Source: Tubulanus polymorphus (Eukaryota > Animalia > Nemertea). From it: DNA of 64,000 nt. Shown piece by piece: positions 12,401-22,334 of this stretch; positions within the stretch are counted from its first letter, which is position 1, and each line of letters starts with the position of its first letter. The stretch covers positions 1,347,355 through 1,411,354 of the forward strand of contig NC_134030.1 of the NCBI RefSeq assembly GCF_964204645.1. Reading direction: 5' to 3'. A program made the position numbers and the translations under genes. The notes under the pieces were generated by a model, which saw nothing but the letters and a program-made list of their open reading frames with translations, did not search any database and was not told the DNA's origin.

Positions 12401-15400
12401 TCAGGTTCCTATTCACCCGAAATCTCATCAATAAACCATTTTACAGTTGCTAACCGCCATTTTGTTAGGGTACTTTTGTCCCGTATTGTTGGGTCATTTT
12501 TTTCTATTTTTTAAAAACTATCCGTAATGCGTGTTGTATCATATTTCATCTGTCCATGGATGGATTTTGACAACTTCAGCAACATTCAAACCGCGTGAAT
12601 TTTTAGTTTTCAGTTATGTAAAAATCATTTCTCAAATTTACAACAATGCGACATGAGAGCGATATAAAAATCGGTGGTCAGTTTTTGCCGTGCGCATAGA
12701 AATCAAGGGTACTGAACTTTGAAGTTCGTTATTTTCAGAAATAATTTTCTAAAAAATCCAAGCATTTCAAGAACTGTGCGCATAAATGCCCCCTTTCAGG
12801 TGAACTTTGAAATTTTAAGATATCTTGCCTAGTTTTTTCCTATGGCACTTTAACTGCAGCGCGTGTATTGTCATTCCGAGATTCGGCGCTGTTTTCTTTG
12901 CGTGTATTTCAGTATATGGGTGTTATTTTTTCATTTTTACTACACTTGTCTCTACGGAAAATGGTTTTAATTGTTGGTACGAGTATCAGGTTTTAATATT
13001 ACGTCATTTATGCAATATAATAGATCGAAGACATTAGAGATGTTGGAGTTTAAGGGATTTTTTACCAGTTTTAGCAGCGAGACTGAACGGCATTTTGATC
13101 ACGCATTCGAAGTTGCGCGCGGGAAGAGAATATATGGGCCTATATTGAGATGGAAGAAGAAAAGAAATATAACACTCAAAATCGAGTATGATGACCATTT
13201 AAATCAGTAGTCTATCAATAAATTTACATAAAAATCTACTGAAATTAGATGGATTGAGAAGTGGTCAAAAAGCTGGACAAATGGGTTGGGGCAAATATTC
13301 AGCTACTTTCTATGAATACTTTCTATTAAGTACACACAAGATTGATTAGATTGGGAAGAAAATATAGGAAAACGTTTTCTTGCTTTGGTGGTGAAATATC
13401 AAGTATCATGTCCTAATGTCAGACACAGGTGATAAAAAGTAAAAAGTGACATCTACCATCACAAAATCGCAAGAAGTGTGTGGATTGCATTTACAACAAA
13501 AGAGTGATATTTTGGGTTTTCTTGGGTGCATGTACGTAAGCCTCTGCCTGCTGTAAAAGCGGCTACCAATACAGCCATTACGAACTAGCGCCGGAGAACG
13601 GAATACAGTATTAATGCCGTAATATTAAAACCTGATACTCGTACCAACAATTAAAACCATTTTCCGTAGAGACAAGTGTAGTAAAAATGAAAAAATAACA
13701 CCCATATACTGAATTACACGCAAAGAAAACAGCGCCGAATCTCGGAATGACAATACACGCGCTGCAGTTAAAGTGCCATAGGAAAAAAACTAGGCAAGAT
13801 ATCTTAAAATTTCAAAGTTCACCTGAAAGGGGGCATTTATGCGCACAGTTCTTGAAATGCTTGGATTTTTTAGACAATTATTTCTGAAAATAACGAACTT
13901 CAAAGTTCAGTACCCTTGATTTCTATGCGCACGGCAAAAACTGACCACCGATTTTTATATCGCTCTCATGTCGCATTGTTGTAAATTTGAGAAATGATTT
14001 TTACATAACTGAAAACTAAAAATTCACGCGGTTTGAATGTTGCTGAAGTTGTCAAAATCCATCCATGGACAGATGAAATATGATACAACACGCATCACGG
14101 ATACTTTTTAAAAAATAGAAAAAAATGACCCAACAATACGGGACAAAAGTACCCTAACAAAATGGCGGCTAGCAACTGTAAAATGGTTTATTTCACAGAA
14201 TGAAGTGGAAACGCCGCCAGTTCCAGTTCAGGTCTCTTCCAGTCGGCCTCAGTACAGCCCACGCCCTGGGTATTTACCAGCTTGGGTCAAGTCCAGAAGG
14301 TACACTACACTCCAGGGCTGGGTTTCATAGATATGGAAGAAAAATAATTCCAGGGAACATTTTGAAATTTGTCAGTTATAACCATGGTTTCTCATTGTTA
14401 GTATGGTGGTTGAGGATTTATCCCTTTGGATAACTTTGATACTCAGTCTATGAAACCGGGTCCTGGAGTATTTGTCTGTTGGTTTACCTCGACGACTGGT
14501 TACTAGTACCAAACTCGACTATAGAATGTCAGGAGGCGGTGACCGCTGTCGACCGCTGTCGTAGACTTAGTTCACCAGTTCCGCGTAAACTAAGTAAAAT
14601 CTCACTTGATGCCGTCCCAACAGTTCACATCTCCGGATCAGCACGGTCTTTCCGTCCATGGCTCGAGTAGCCAAACTTCAAGAAGCGTAGTTACCACAAA
14701 CGAGAGGACAGCTAGTTATCGGTGACGCCTGTGGCTAAATGCAATACCGCAGTGCCAGGGGTCGTATCTCTGGCTATCTACACATTCAGAGAATATTAAC
14801 TAAAACCATAGGAAAGGGTCAAGCACTACTCCGAAAAAAAACTAATTTTATTTCCAAAAAATTACGATATTATATGGATTGCATGCTGTGTGGAAGAAGT
14901 TTTCAAAATTATTTAGGAGCTTATTATAATTTGAATACATGAATTGAGAGCAATTTGAAATGTGTTGATATCCGAAAGTGTTTCCATTGACTTCACTCAT
15001 TCACCTGATGAAGCTTCTATACATTAGTACCCAAAGCTTGTGTGTCAAATAAACTAGTTACACGTCCTATAAAGTACTACTTGTCTCGTTATATATTCTA
15101 AACCCCAGTTAACAATTCCAGTAAGTCAGGTTTAGGGAATAGATATTTAAACCTTCAGATGAAACCGATGTGATACAATTCCAGTAAGTCAGGTTTAGGG
15201 AATAGATATTTAAACCTTCAGATGATACCGATGTGATACAATTCCAGTAAGTCAGGTTTAGGGAATAGATATTTAAACCTTGAGATGAAACCGATGTCAT
15301 ACAATTCCAGTAAGTCAGGTTTAGGGAATAGTTATTTAAACATTCAGATGAAACCGATGTAATACAATTCCAGTAAGTCAGGTTTAGGGAATAGATATTT

Positions 15401-18037
15401 AAACCTTCAGATGATACCGATGTCATACAATTCCAGTAAGTCAGGTTTAGGGAATAGATATTTAAACCTTCAGATGATACCGATGAATTTAGCAATTTTG
15501 AATGAATTAAACCAATATGAGATTTCGATCCTAAGAATATTGGAAGCTTGTGTTTAACGTTACTAAATAGTAATATTATATAAAGCTAGAAGGACACGAG
15601 CGTATCCATTTTTTTGCCCGATCGCGACGATTAAATTCGCTGGTGAATTTATACGCCCGATACGAGTGGGTACCGATCTATTTATAAATCGGCCATCACG
15701 GTGATTTCGTCGCCCGCCGACATTAAACATGTTCGATATTTACGCCGGTGTTCAGGTCACTTGTTAATTCGCTCGTCTTGTCGGCAAGCTTAAAAAGATT
15801 TAGAAAAAACTACAAATTCTCATTCCTGAATGAACTGGATTCATCTGGGTTCAGTTTCATGAGACTCAGTTCAAACTGCTCTAGAATTTGAGTTTGTAAT
15901 TAATGTATGTGATTATAATGAATTGTATTTTTTGTTTTACAGCTTTGGCATTTCGGTTAAGTCGTGCGTTCCGGCGGGAGGAGTTTGTACGTTTGTTTCT
16001 CCCGGAGTGTAAGTAGTTTAACTATTTTCATACAATATCATTTAGTGTGACGTATGTCACTGATAATCAAAATCTAATAATAACTGTTGATCCGTAGTAT
16101 TAACATTGTGCAATTGAAATCCTATAGTTGTTTTTAGAAAGGATAAATGGCGCCATCAATGTGACAATCGATTGTAAAGTTTAAGAAATGAATGTTTAAC
16201 CTCGCCGAGTACCAGAATTCTTAACCGTAGCATCGAAACCATTCGACTTGTTGTTTAATGTATTTCTCTCTATTTTTATTTTACAGTGATGATCATTTTA
16301 CAAGACTGCCCGTTTGGGGACTTGGTGGGGGAATTCAAAAGAAACTTGGTTCCCGATAGGATACCACCACCGGTTAATCCTATGTCGCCCGCTGCTGCCC
16401 CTCCCCAAAATCCGATAAATTCGCCTCAGCAGCGGCCTGTCAGACAGCCGCCCCCGGCCGCCACTCGTTCGTCAGACAGAGTCCGGGGACGGCTGTTTGA
16501 AGGAGATCTGACGGAGGTAAGAATCTTTATTTGTTTTCATATTTTATTCAGGATATCAGTTGAAGTTCAGCAAATAAATTACCAGACCTGTAAACAGAAG
16601 AGTAGTCATAAATTTCCATTTGCGGGTAAAACCCCATAGTCGAAAACCTTCGGTTATTGATCTATATCTGCTTAAGACCAATGGTTGTACACACGAGTGC
16701 GAAAACTTATCGCTCAAACTTTGATTGTATCCATGGTAACGCGTACAGTATACTATGCGTGACTTACCGTTTCCTATCACTGGAATACAATACTGTTTTA
16801 GACCATGAGCGCCATCTGCGGCGGTCATAACGGACTGAGTGGTGATTGGCTGAAATGCTCGTCTACCGTGGTGACGATTATTCGGTGTTACACGTGCAGC
16901 AGACACGTCTCTGAATATCTAACATTTGATTGTTGTAACTCATCGGGAAAAATATGTTTATGAGTCGATTTTTTGTCGAAATTTTGTTCGGCAGAAAATT
17001 GGCTGCGTACGTCAAGAAGGCGGCTGATATTTGTATCGTGTGACCCCTCGTCCCGGTAATATGCCGACCCACGTACACCTGAGACCAGTTGCAGAGCTTA
17101 GAATTAAGACCGTTTTAAGACCAACTTAGTTCTATAGCCAATCTAATAACTTAAGACCAGTCTTTAGATTTAAGACCACTTTTGGACTTATGTCTTGACC
17201 ATGGAATCGGCCCCAGATGCTTATTCCGCTGTATTGGATGCTGACGTGCTCGTGTCTTCCAGCAATGTTGTTATTCACCAAAAATATCATGTTTTGTTCG
17301 AATAACACGATTCATCTGAGTCTGGGTTTAACGGATGACACGTTCAAACAGAACTACGAAATCAATATCAGAAGTCCTTTTATATTGAAACGGTCCCAGA
17401 AGTCCCTGTTATAATGGGTACTTTTTCAAAAAAAGTAACGAGAACTCCGATGGCTTTCCGTATCGGTAAAAACTAACTATTTCTATGAGCGTCACTCGTA
17501 GATTTACCGAAACGCCACCTTGTGACACGATATCCTAACTACGTATAGGTGTTTTATTTGCTGAATCGCTGGTTTCTCATTCTCATTTTTTAAACTTGTG
17601 TTTAATTTTATACTAAACAAATTTTTCACTTTTTCTCTTTACAGACACGACCACCGCCAAAAAAAACTAGAACAAAAAGGAAAAGAAAAGTTGCGGTCGT
17701 CGTGGCTCCGCAGGGAGGAGGAGCAAGAGTGGTCCCGGCGGATGGTGCGGCTGACGAAGGTAATCGGGAGGAAGGGGAGGGGATAAATAGGAAGCGGCCG
17801 AGGAGGGATGGTGGTGGGGCTGGGGATGGTGCGGGTCCTGCTCCTCCTGCTCCTCCATCCGTATCTCGGGCGGTCACTCGTTCACTCGCCAAAAAGCTGG
17901 CGAGTGAACGAGTGGCCCGAGAGGTAGAGGTGGTGGCCCGACATACGGATGGAATGTGGGAGGAGCGGCTTCGTTCGGGGACAATTCCGGATTTGTTAAC
18001 TGATTTAAAAAATATTCTTTCAGTGAAGGGATATTAG
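2212..18037 (+). CDS. Spliced gene copy 1, 9 coding exons, 344-aa uncharacterised polyQ/Pro/Ser-rich basic protein, probably nuclear
   Basis: Exons 2212-2274, 3438-3533, 3943-3981, 4358-4384, 6277-6315, 6526-6607, 15943-16008, 16287-16516, 17645-18037. All have polypyrimidine-YAG acceptors; internal donors are GTAAG(T/A). Intron phases 0,0,0,0,0,1,1,0 join into 1035 nt with no internal stop. Differences from copy 2 include many synonymous changes in this frame. Confidence 0.85.
2340..2446. mobile_element. Small MITE, PIF/Harbinger-like
   Basis: TIRs GGTCCAGTTTCACAAA / TTTGTGAAACTAGGCC, flanked by CTG on both sides; also at 37188-37294. Confidence 0.7.
3438..3533 (+). CDS. Copy 1 exon 2 (GTA-Q19-KFDISMSGID)
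   Basis: tttatag acceptor, gtaagt donor, 96 nt, CAA repeat in frame. Confidence 0.85.
3943..3981 (+). CDS. Copy 1 microexon 3 (FLPTTPPSGVSTP)
   Basis: ttttcag / gtaagt, 39 nt. Confidence 0.85.
4358..4384 (+). CDS. Copy 1 microexon 4 (DLSPIQHVD)
   Basis: tttacag / gtaaga, 27 nt. Confidence 0.8.
5908..6126. mobile_element. Probable MITE
   Basis: Imperfect TIRs CAGGTCCGTAGC / GCTA(T/C)GTTCCTG; TSD not clear. Confidence 0.5.
6277..6315 (+). CDS. Copy 1 microexon 5 (RQFASEARSPSLN)
   Basis: tttctag / gtaagt, 39 nt. Confidence 0.8.
6526..6607 (+). CDS. Copy 1 exon 6 (LSNN-polySer-APLPPETPPDLQAR)
   Basis: tttacag / gtaagt, 82 nt, phase 1; the spliced frame reads poly-Ser, not the polyQ or polyA of the ORF track. 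Confidence 0.8.
7475..8906. repeat. Composite 40-56 bp GGTCC-rich tandem array (continues at 10115-10365)
   Basis: Units such as GGTCCGGTCCAGGCATCACCGGGTACTGAACATC... Confidence 0.95.
8907..10114. mobile_element. Non-autonomous DNA transposon, hAT5-like
   Basis: TIR CAGGGTTC...GAACCCTG, 5-bp TSD CTGAA inside a repeat unit, subterminal GCTTGAA repeats. Confidence 0.85.
9368..9829. mobile_element. Nested MITE, Zator-like
   Basis: GGCCAT..TCTGTTTGCCGT / ACGGCAAAACAGA..ATGGCC inverted termini; also at 43733-44192. Confidence 0.6.
10525..10722. repeat. 35-bp tandem repeat, ~5.5 units
   Basis: GTCGAGGGACCGTTTAGGAAGTTCACGTCTTTCAC; ~7.5 units at 44773-45040. Confidence 0.95.
10905..11335. repeat. 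~160-bp tandem repeat, ~2.7 units
   Basis: Units begin ATGAGCCTTATTGTTTTTGAC and contain CAAGATGGCCGCC; one fewer unit in copy 2. Confidence 0.85.
12433..14189. mobile_element. Foldback-type non-autonomous DNA transposon with ~575-bp TIRs (PIF/Harbinger-ISL2EU-like), copy 1 only
   Basis: 12433-13008 is the reverse complement of 13613-14189; empty site TCATCAATTTCACAG at ~46585; consistent with an AT TSD. Confidence 0.92.
15001..15065 (+). other. Degenerate hammerhead-like motif resembling a Penelope-like element terminus
   Basis: CAC-CTGATGA-stem-(C)AAA-GCTTGTG followed by AATAAA; the core GAAA reads CAAA; also at 47401. Confidence 0.4.
15110..15485. repeat. 63-bp minisatellite, ~6 units
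   Basis: ACAATTCCAGTAAGTCAGGTTTAGGGAATAGATATTTAAACCTTCAGATGATACCGATGTGAT. Confidence 0.95.
15582..15792. mobile_element. Probable MITE
   Basis: Imperfect inverted ends AAGCT..GACACGAGCG / CGCTCGTCTTGTC..AAGCTT; CpG-rich interior. Confidence 0.5.
15943..16008 (+). CDS. Copy 1 exon 7 (TLAFRLSRAFRREEFVRLFLPE)
   Basis: ttttacag / gtaagt, 66 nt, phase 1-1; mostly synonymous differences from copy 2. Confidence 0.85.
16287..16516 (+). CDS. Copy 1 exon 8 (LMIILQDCPF...RGRLFEGDLTE)
   Basis: ttttacag / gtaaga, 230 nt, phase 1-0. Confidence 0.88.
17081..17212. mobile_element. Small MITE related to the 2340 element
   Basis: CTGAGACCAGTTGCA...TGGAATCGGCCCCAG termini with internal TTAAGACC repeats. Confidence 0.45.
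17645..18037 (+). CDS. Copy 1 terminal coding exon 9 (NLS-like PPPKKTRTKRKRK ... SVKGY*)
   Basis: tctttacag acceptor, in frame with ORF 17702-18037. Confidence 0.88.
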   Translation, partial: TRPPPKKTRTKRKRKVAVVVAPQGGGARVVPADGAADEGNREEGEGINRKRPRRDGGGAGDGAGPAPPAPPSVSRAVTRSLAKKLASERVAREVEVVARHTDGMWEERLRSGTIPDLLTDLKNILSVKGY

Positions 18038-18089
18038 GTGCCTTGAACGCATGAGTCGTTCATGCGCGCCTAATATGCCTTCACTGAAA
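18018..18089. repeat. 72-nt hairpin spanning the stop codon
   Basis: TTTCAGTGAAGG-G-ATATTAGG..TGAACG / CGTTCA..CCTAATAT-G-CCTTCACTGAAA. Confidence 0.85.
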
Positions 18090-18689
18090 AAAATCAACTA
18101 TAACATGTACCACATATTTTTTGATTTAATTTTAGTCCAATTCCACAATTATTTCGGCTTACAATAGTGTCTTCAATTCTTTAAAGCCCAAAGCACCTTT
18201 TTGACTCAACATCCAGTATGAAGGTGGCCGGGAATCGGGCCTGTTTTCTTCCATTTTTGTATCCCGCCCAGCATACTGGTTGTTGACTCGAAAAGGTGCT
18301 CGCTCTGGGAGCTTATCAAAGGCAGGTGATGGGAAAGGTGCCATCACACACTCTCCTTTGATAAGTTTCCTAGAGTGTCACGGGCTTTAACGGGTTGAAT
18401 TCACTATAATACCAATTTTCCAAAATCAATTTAATTTCTTTCAGGCCATTCTTTTTCCATGTTTTTCTGGTACATGTTATGGTTGATTTCCATTTTCGAA
18501 AATCCGGAATTGAAGCCGTTCGAAGTCGGGGGGATGGTGGTGGGGTTGGGTTAGTTTAGGGTTCCTCTCTGATTACCTTCTTTAGCTCATCATCCGTGCA
18601 GGTGGCGCTTGCTCTTCTAGCCGGTGTTCCCTGGGGTAAACATTTTAAATTTAAAAAATCAAAAATAAAAAAAAATTATAAAATCTTTA

Positions 18690-19140
18690 AAAATCTCATC
18701 TCATTTCATCCAATTTATTTATTTGCGGGTGCGATGCCTATCGCACCCATTCATGTCATCCATCAAAAAAAAAATTAAAACTAAAAACGAAAAAAAATAT
18801 AAAAATTTAAAAAATCTCATCTCATTTCATCCAATTTATTTGCGGGTGCGATTCCTATCGCACCCATTCATGTCATTCATCCAAAAAAAATAAAAAACTA
18901 AAAACGAAAAAAAAATATAAAAATTAAAAAAATCTCATCTCATTTCATCCAATTTATTTATTTGCGGGTGCGATTCCTATCGCACCCATTCATGTCATTC
19001 ATCAAAAAAAAATTAAAACTAAAAACGAAAAAAAATATAAAAATTTAAAAAATCTCATCTCATTTCATCCAATTTATTTATTTGCGGGTGCGATTCCTAT
19101 CGCACCCATTCATGTCATTCATCCAAAAAAAATTTAAAAA
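18690..19140. repeat. ~123-bp tandem repeat, 4 units, each with a GC hairpin
   Basis: GGGTGCGAT(T/G)CCTATCGCACCC palindrome plus A tracts; 5 units at 54855-55430. Confidence 0.92.
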
Positions 19141-19399
19141 CTAGAAATTAAAGTTCTAAGTTTGTTGTTAGATTCTATTGAAAGAACGTTGTAAAGTTCT
19201 TAATTTGTCGTAAAAAACGTTTGAAAAAAAGAACTTCTTAAAGTTCTCAATCTGCCGTAAAATGCAATTGAAAAGATTATAACTCACATGAAAATTAAAA
19301 AGATAAAATAATTGATAAATAATCATTAATAAAAATTGAACTTTGGTCTCGCAATGTTTCCCCGTTATGCATTTTTTACTCGTCGTCAAACATCGGCAG

Positions 19400-20022
19400 C
19401 TCATCGTCGATACTCGCAGCTCGATACACACCAGCAGCTCGTCGTCGATACACACCAGCAGCTCGATACACACCAGCAGCTTGTCGTCGATACTCACCAG
19501 CATCTCGATTCACACCAGCAGTTCGTCGTTGATACACACCAGCAGTTCGTCGTCGATACACACCAGCAGTTCGTCATCGATACACACCAGCAGTTTGTCG
19601 TCGATACACACCAGCAGTTCGTCGTCGATACACACCAGCAGCTCGATACACACCAGCAGTTCGTCATCTATACACACCAGCAGTTTGTCGTAGATACACA
19701 CCAGCAGTTCGTCGTCGATACACACCAGCAGTTCGTCGTCGATACACACCAGCAGTTCGTCGTCGATACACACCAGCAGCTCGATACTCAGCAGCAGTTT
19801 GATACACACCAGCAGCTCGTCGATACACACCAGCAGTTCGTCGTCGATACACACCAGAAGCTCGATACACACCAGCAGCTCGTCGTCGATACACACCAGC
19901 CGCTCGATACTCACAGCTCGATACACACCAGCAGCTCGTCGATACACACCAGCAGCTCGATACTCACCAGCAGCTCGATACACACCAGCAGCTCGTCGTC
20001 GATACACACCAGCAGCTTGATA
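19400..20022. repeat. 15-21 bp minisatellite (GATACACACCAGCAG[C/T]TC[GTC]n)
   Basis: Direct tandem repeats; also at 55690-56372. Confidence 0.95.
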
Positions 20023-20994
20023 CCAAAACAGCTTTTAGCTGGTGAAAACCTACCCCCCATCGGGGTTAAACATGATCAAGCTATTATTCTAGGAATATAA
20101 CTGTTGCAAGGGAAGTTAAGATTCATTATATCCTAAACTTGATACAAAGAGATTATTGCTAATTATGAATTTCAAGGGTTTAAAAACTGATTTAAAAATC
20201 TTGAAAGACGCTCGGTCTCACTAGAGATTTTCATCTTAAAGATTTATTGTCCTCTTACTATTGTTTAGGTGATCTATAATTTGGTAAATGCTGCTGTTGG
20301 AAAGATGCCAGAAGAAAGTTGATTCGTGCACATCTTCACTTCACGTATTTATTGCACAAGGCGCCGACTTGCACCTGCACTACACCATTCACACTTCACC
20401 ACTTCTGCATCTTTATCAATTAATTCTGGCATCTATTTGAAAATTACTTTAAACATCAGATCTCAAACTGAAACATTGAGGTATTGAATTTCAAACTGAA
20501 ATATCGAGCTATCGAATCTCGATCTCAAATGTTTACTGGAAGCCATATTTGATGTTGTATTATTCATCATAGATTGTTTAGTGTTTTCTGGCATATGCGG
20601 GCCATTTAAGATGGTCAGATAAATTCCCCGGTGGAAAATATATCTCGTGGAAGAGTCATGGAAATGAAAAATATCTTATGTAGATGTGAAGTTAGGAACC
20701 TTGCAACAGTTATTCCACCTGAGGATAATTTGATATAAGATGAATCAGTTATTGGATCATTTAACTGAAGCCAAATATAGTGAAAAATCTTAGTAAAAAT
20801 TTGTCTCAAACTACAATTGAAAGGACTTATCACAGTTCTAATTCGACTCTAGGTGCGTTCAGAAGAACTTCTTAACAGTGAAAAAACTTGACTAAAAATC
20901 AGGAATCGACCCTGTTCATTGATAAGATTTGATCTTTATTTGAAGATTAAGAATCAAACTCGCTAATTCACAATTTTTGGTAGTAAATACTGTT

Positions 20995-21472
20995 GATCCA
21001 TCATATTCGCAGCCCCCCGTGGGCTTACCAATCCATCATACGTGCAGCCACCTTGCGCTTACCAGTCTATCATACTCGCAGCCCCAGTGGGCTTACCAAT
21101 CCATCATACGTGCAGCCACCTTGCGCTTACCAGTCTATCATACTCGCGGCCCCAGTGGGCTTATGAATCCATCATACGTGCAGCCCCCGTGGGCTTATCA
21201 ATCCATCATACTCGCAGCCCCAGTGGGCTTATCAATCCATCATACGTGCAGCCACCTTGCGCTTACCAGTCTATCATACTCGCAGCCCCAGTGGGCTTAC
21301 CAATCCATCATACGTGCAGCCACCTTGCGCTTACCAGTCTATCATACTCGCGGCCCCAGTGGGCTTATCAATCCATCATACGTGCAGCCCCCGTGGGCTT
21401 ACCAGTCCATCATACTCGCAGCTCCAGTGGGCTTATCAATCCATCATACGCGCAGCCCCCTTGGGCTTATCA
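20995..21472. repeat. ~34-bp minisatellite
   Basis: TCCATCATAC(G/T)(T/C)GCAGCCCC(C/A)GTGGGCTTA; only ~4 units at 57341-57480. Confidence 0.93.
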
Positions 21473-21657
21473 ATGAGAAACATTCAGACATAGTAACCGT
21501 TTTACTCGTGCTTTTCAACGACACCGTCTTATCACTCTGTAGAACGGCGATCGCAGCGTGAAATTTGTAATCGTATTTCTCCGCTGAATTTGAATATTTG
21601 ATACGCGACGCGCGTGATTGAAGCTTTGTTTATGTTCGTGCTTGCCGCGATGAATTG

Positions 21658-21942
21658 TCATAAATATATCCTCCGTACAGGAGGACCATGAAAAGGTTTG
21701 AAGGGATCCCTAGTTAGCGCTTGTCCAGGTTTGGCTCTGGACCCGCTTGTTCGACTAGGCATCTTGTTGGAAATTTTGTCGACTGAAACTTCCGTAACTT
21801 TCGTTTTAGACCTCGCTGCTCGAAGAGCCGTTGCTGCGTCGGTTACTGTCATGCTTCGGCACAATTTTGAACGATTGTTGGAAACCGCCTTGTTCTTCTG
21901 CTGCAGATGTTGACTGTGTCGTACCCACAGTAAAGTAGCCAT
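21658..21942 (-). CDS. Possible 94-aa small basic protein
   Basis: Non-repetitive GC-richer ORF, AAGATGG start context, intact in both copies (57664-57948); no recognised homology. Confidence 0.3.
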   Translation of the reverse strand: MATLLWVRHSQHLQQKNKAVSNNRSKLCRSMTVTDAATALRAARSKTKVTEVSVDKISNKMPSRTSGSRAKPGQALTRDPFKPFHGPPVRRIYL

Positions 21943-22334
21943 CTTAAATTCAAATAGTTTCGGACATTTGAGGTCCTCATCAACTCCGAGTCTTCATTCA
22001 ACTGCAGTTACTGCCATTTGCCAGTGTCTGATGTAGAAGTTCTGACTTGACATTTTGATTTTCAGAATTAAAACCTTTTTTCTATTAAAGAAATTAGATA
22101 TTGGTTAAAAAACAAGTGAATAATTGTTTGTAAGAAAAAAGAAAATCATGTTAGAAAAAAATATAGATGTAAAAAAATATAGATGTAAGAAAAAAAAAGT
22201 ATATTGTAAATCGACGAGACGACAGAACCAGCATCAGCAACAACAACATCAGAGGAAGCAGTAACCAGTTATTTATCAGCTCCATAAATTACTGAAACGA
22301 AATCCACAACTCGGATACCAACCACACTCAACTC

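Larger units (their letters stand above)
7070..14740 (+). mobile_element. Decayed DIRS-type retrotransposon (gag and RT remnants) in intron 6, interrupted by nested insertions
   Basis: RT motifs AASLDLKD..QVPIHPKSH (12375-12430), FQFRSLPVGLSTA (14220-14260) and VYLDDWLL (14481-14505); Cys-rich gag-like start GCGH..CSSC..TCGLWSEDLW (7075-7235); many stops and frameshifts. Confidence 0.75.

Noticed and set aside
17626-17892. Antisense Pro-rich ORFs (also 29248-29692 on + and 53791-54057)
   Set aside because: Shadows of the GC-rich exon 9
19168-20100. Long ORFs with DTHQQ / IHTSSS repeats (also 55624-56450)
   Set aside because: They arise from a minisatellite with units in multiples of 3 that is open in several frames on both strands; frame differs between copies
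20977-21561. 194-aa and 144-aa repeat ORFs
   Set aside because: Minisatellite translation; mostly collapsed in copy 2
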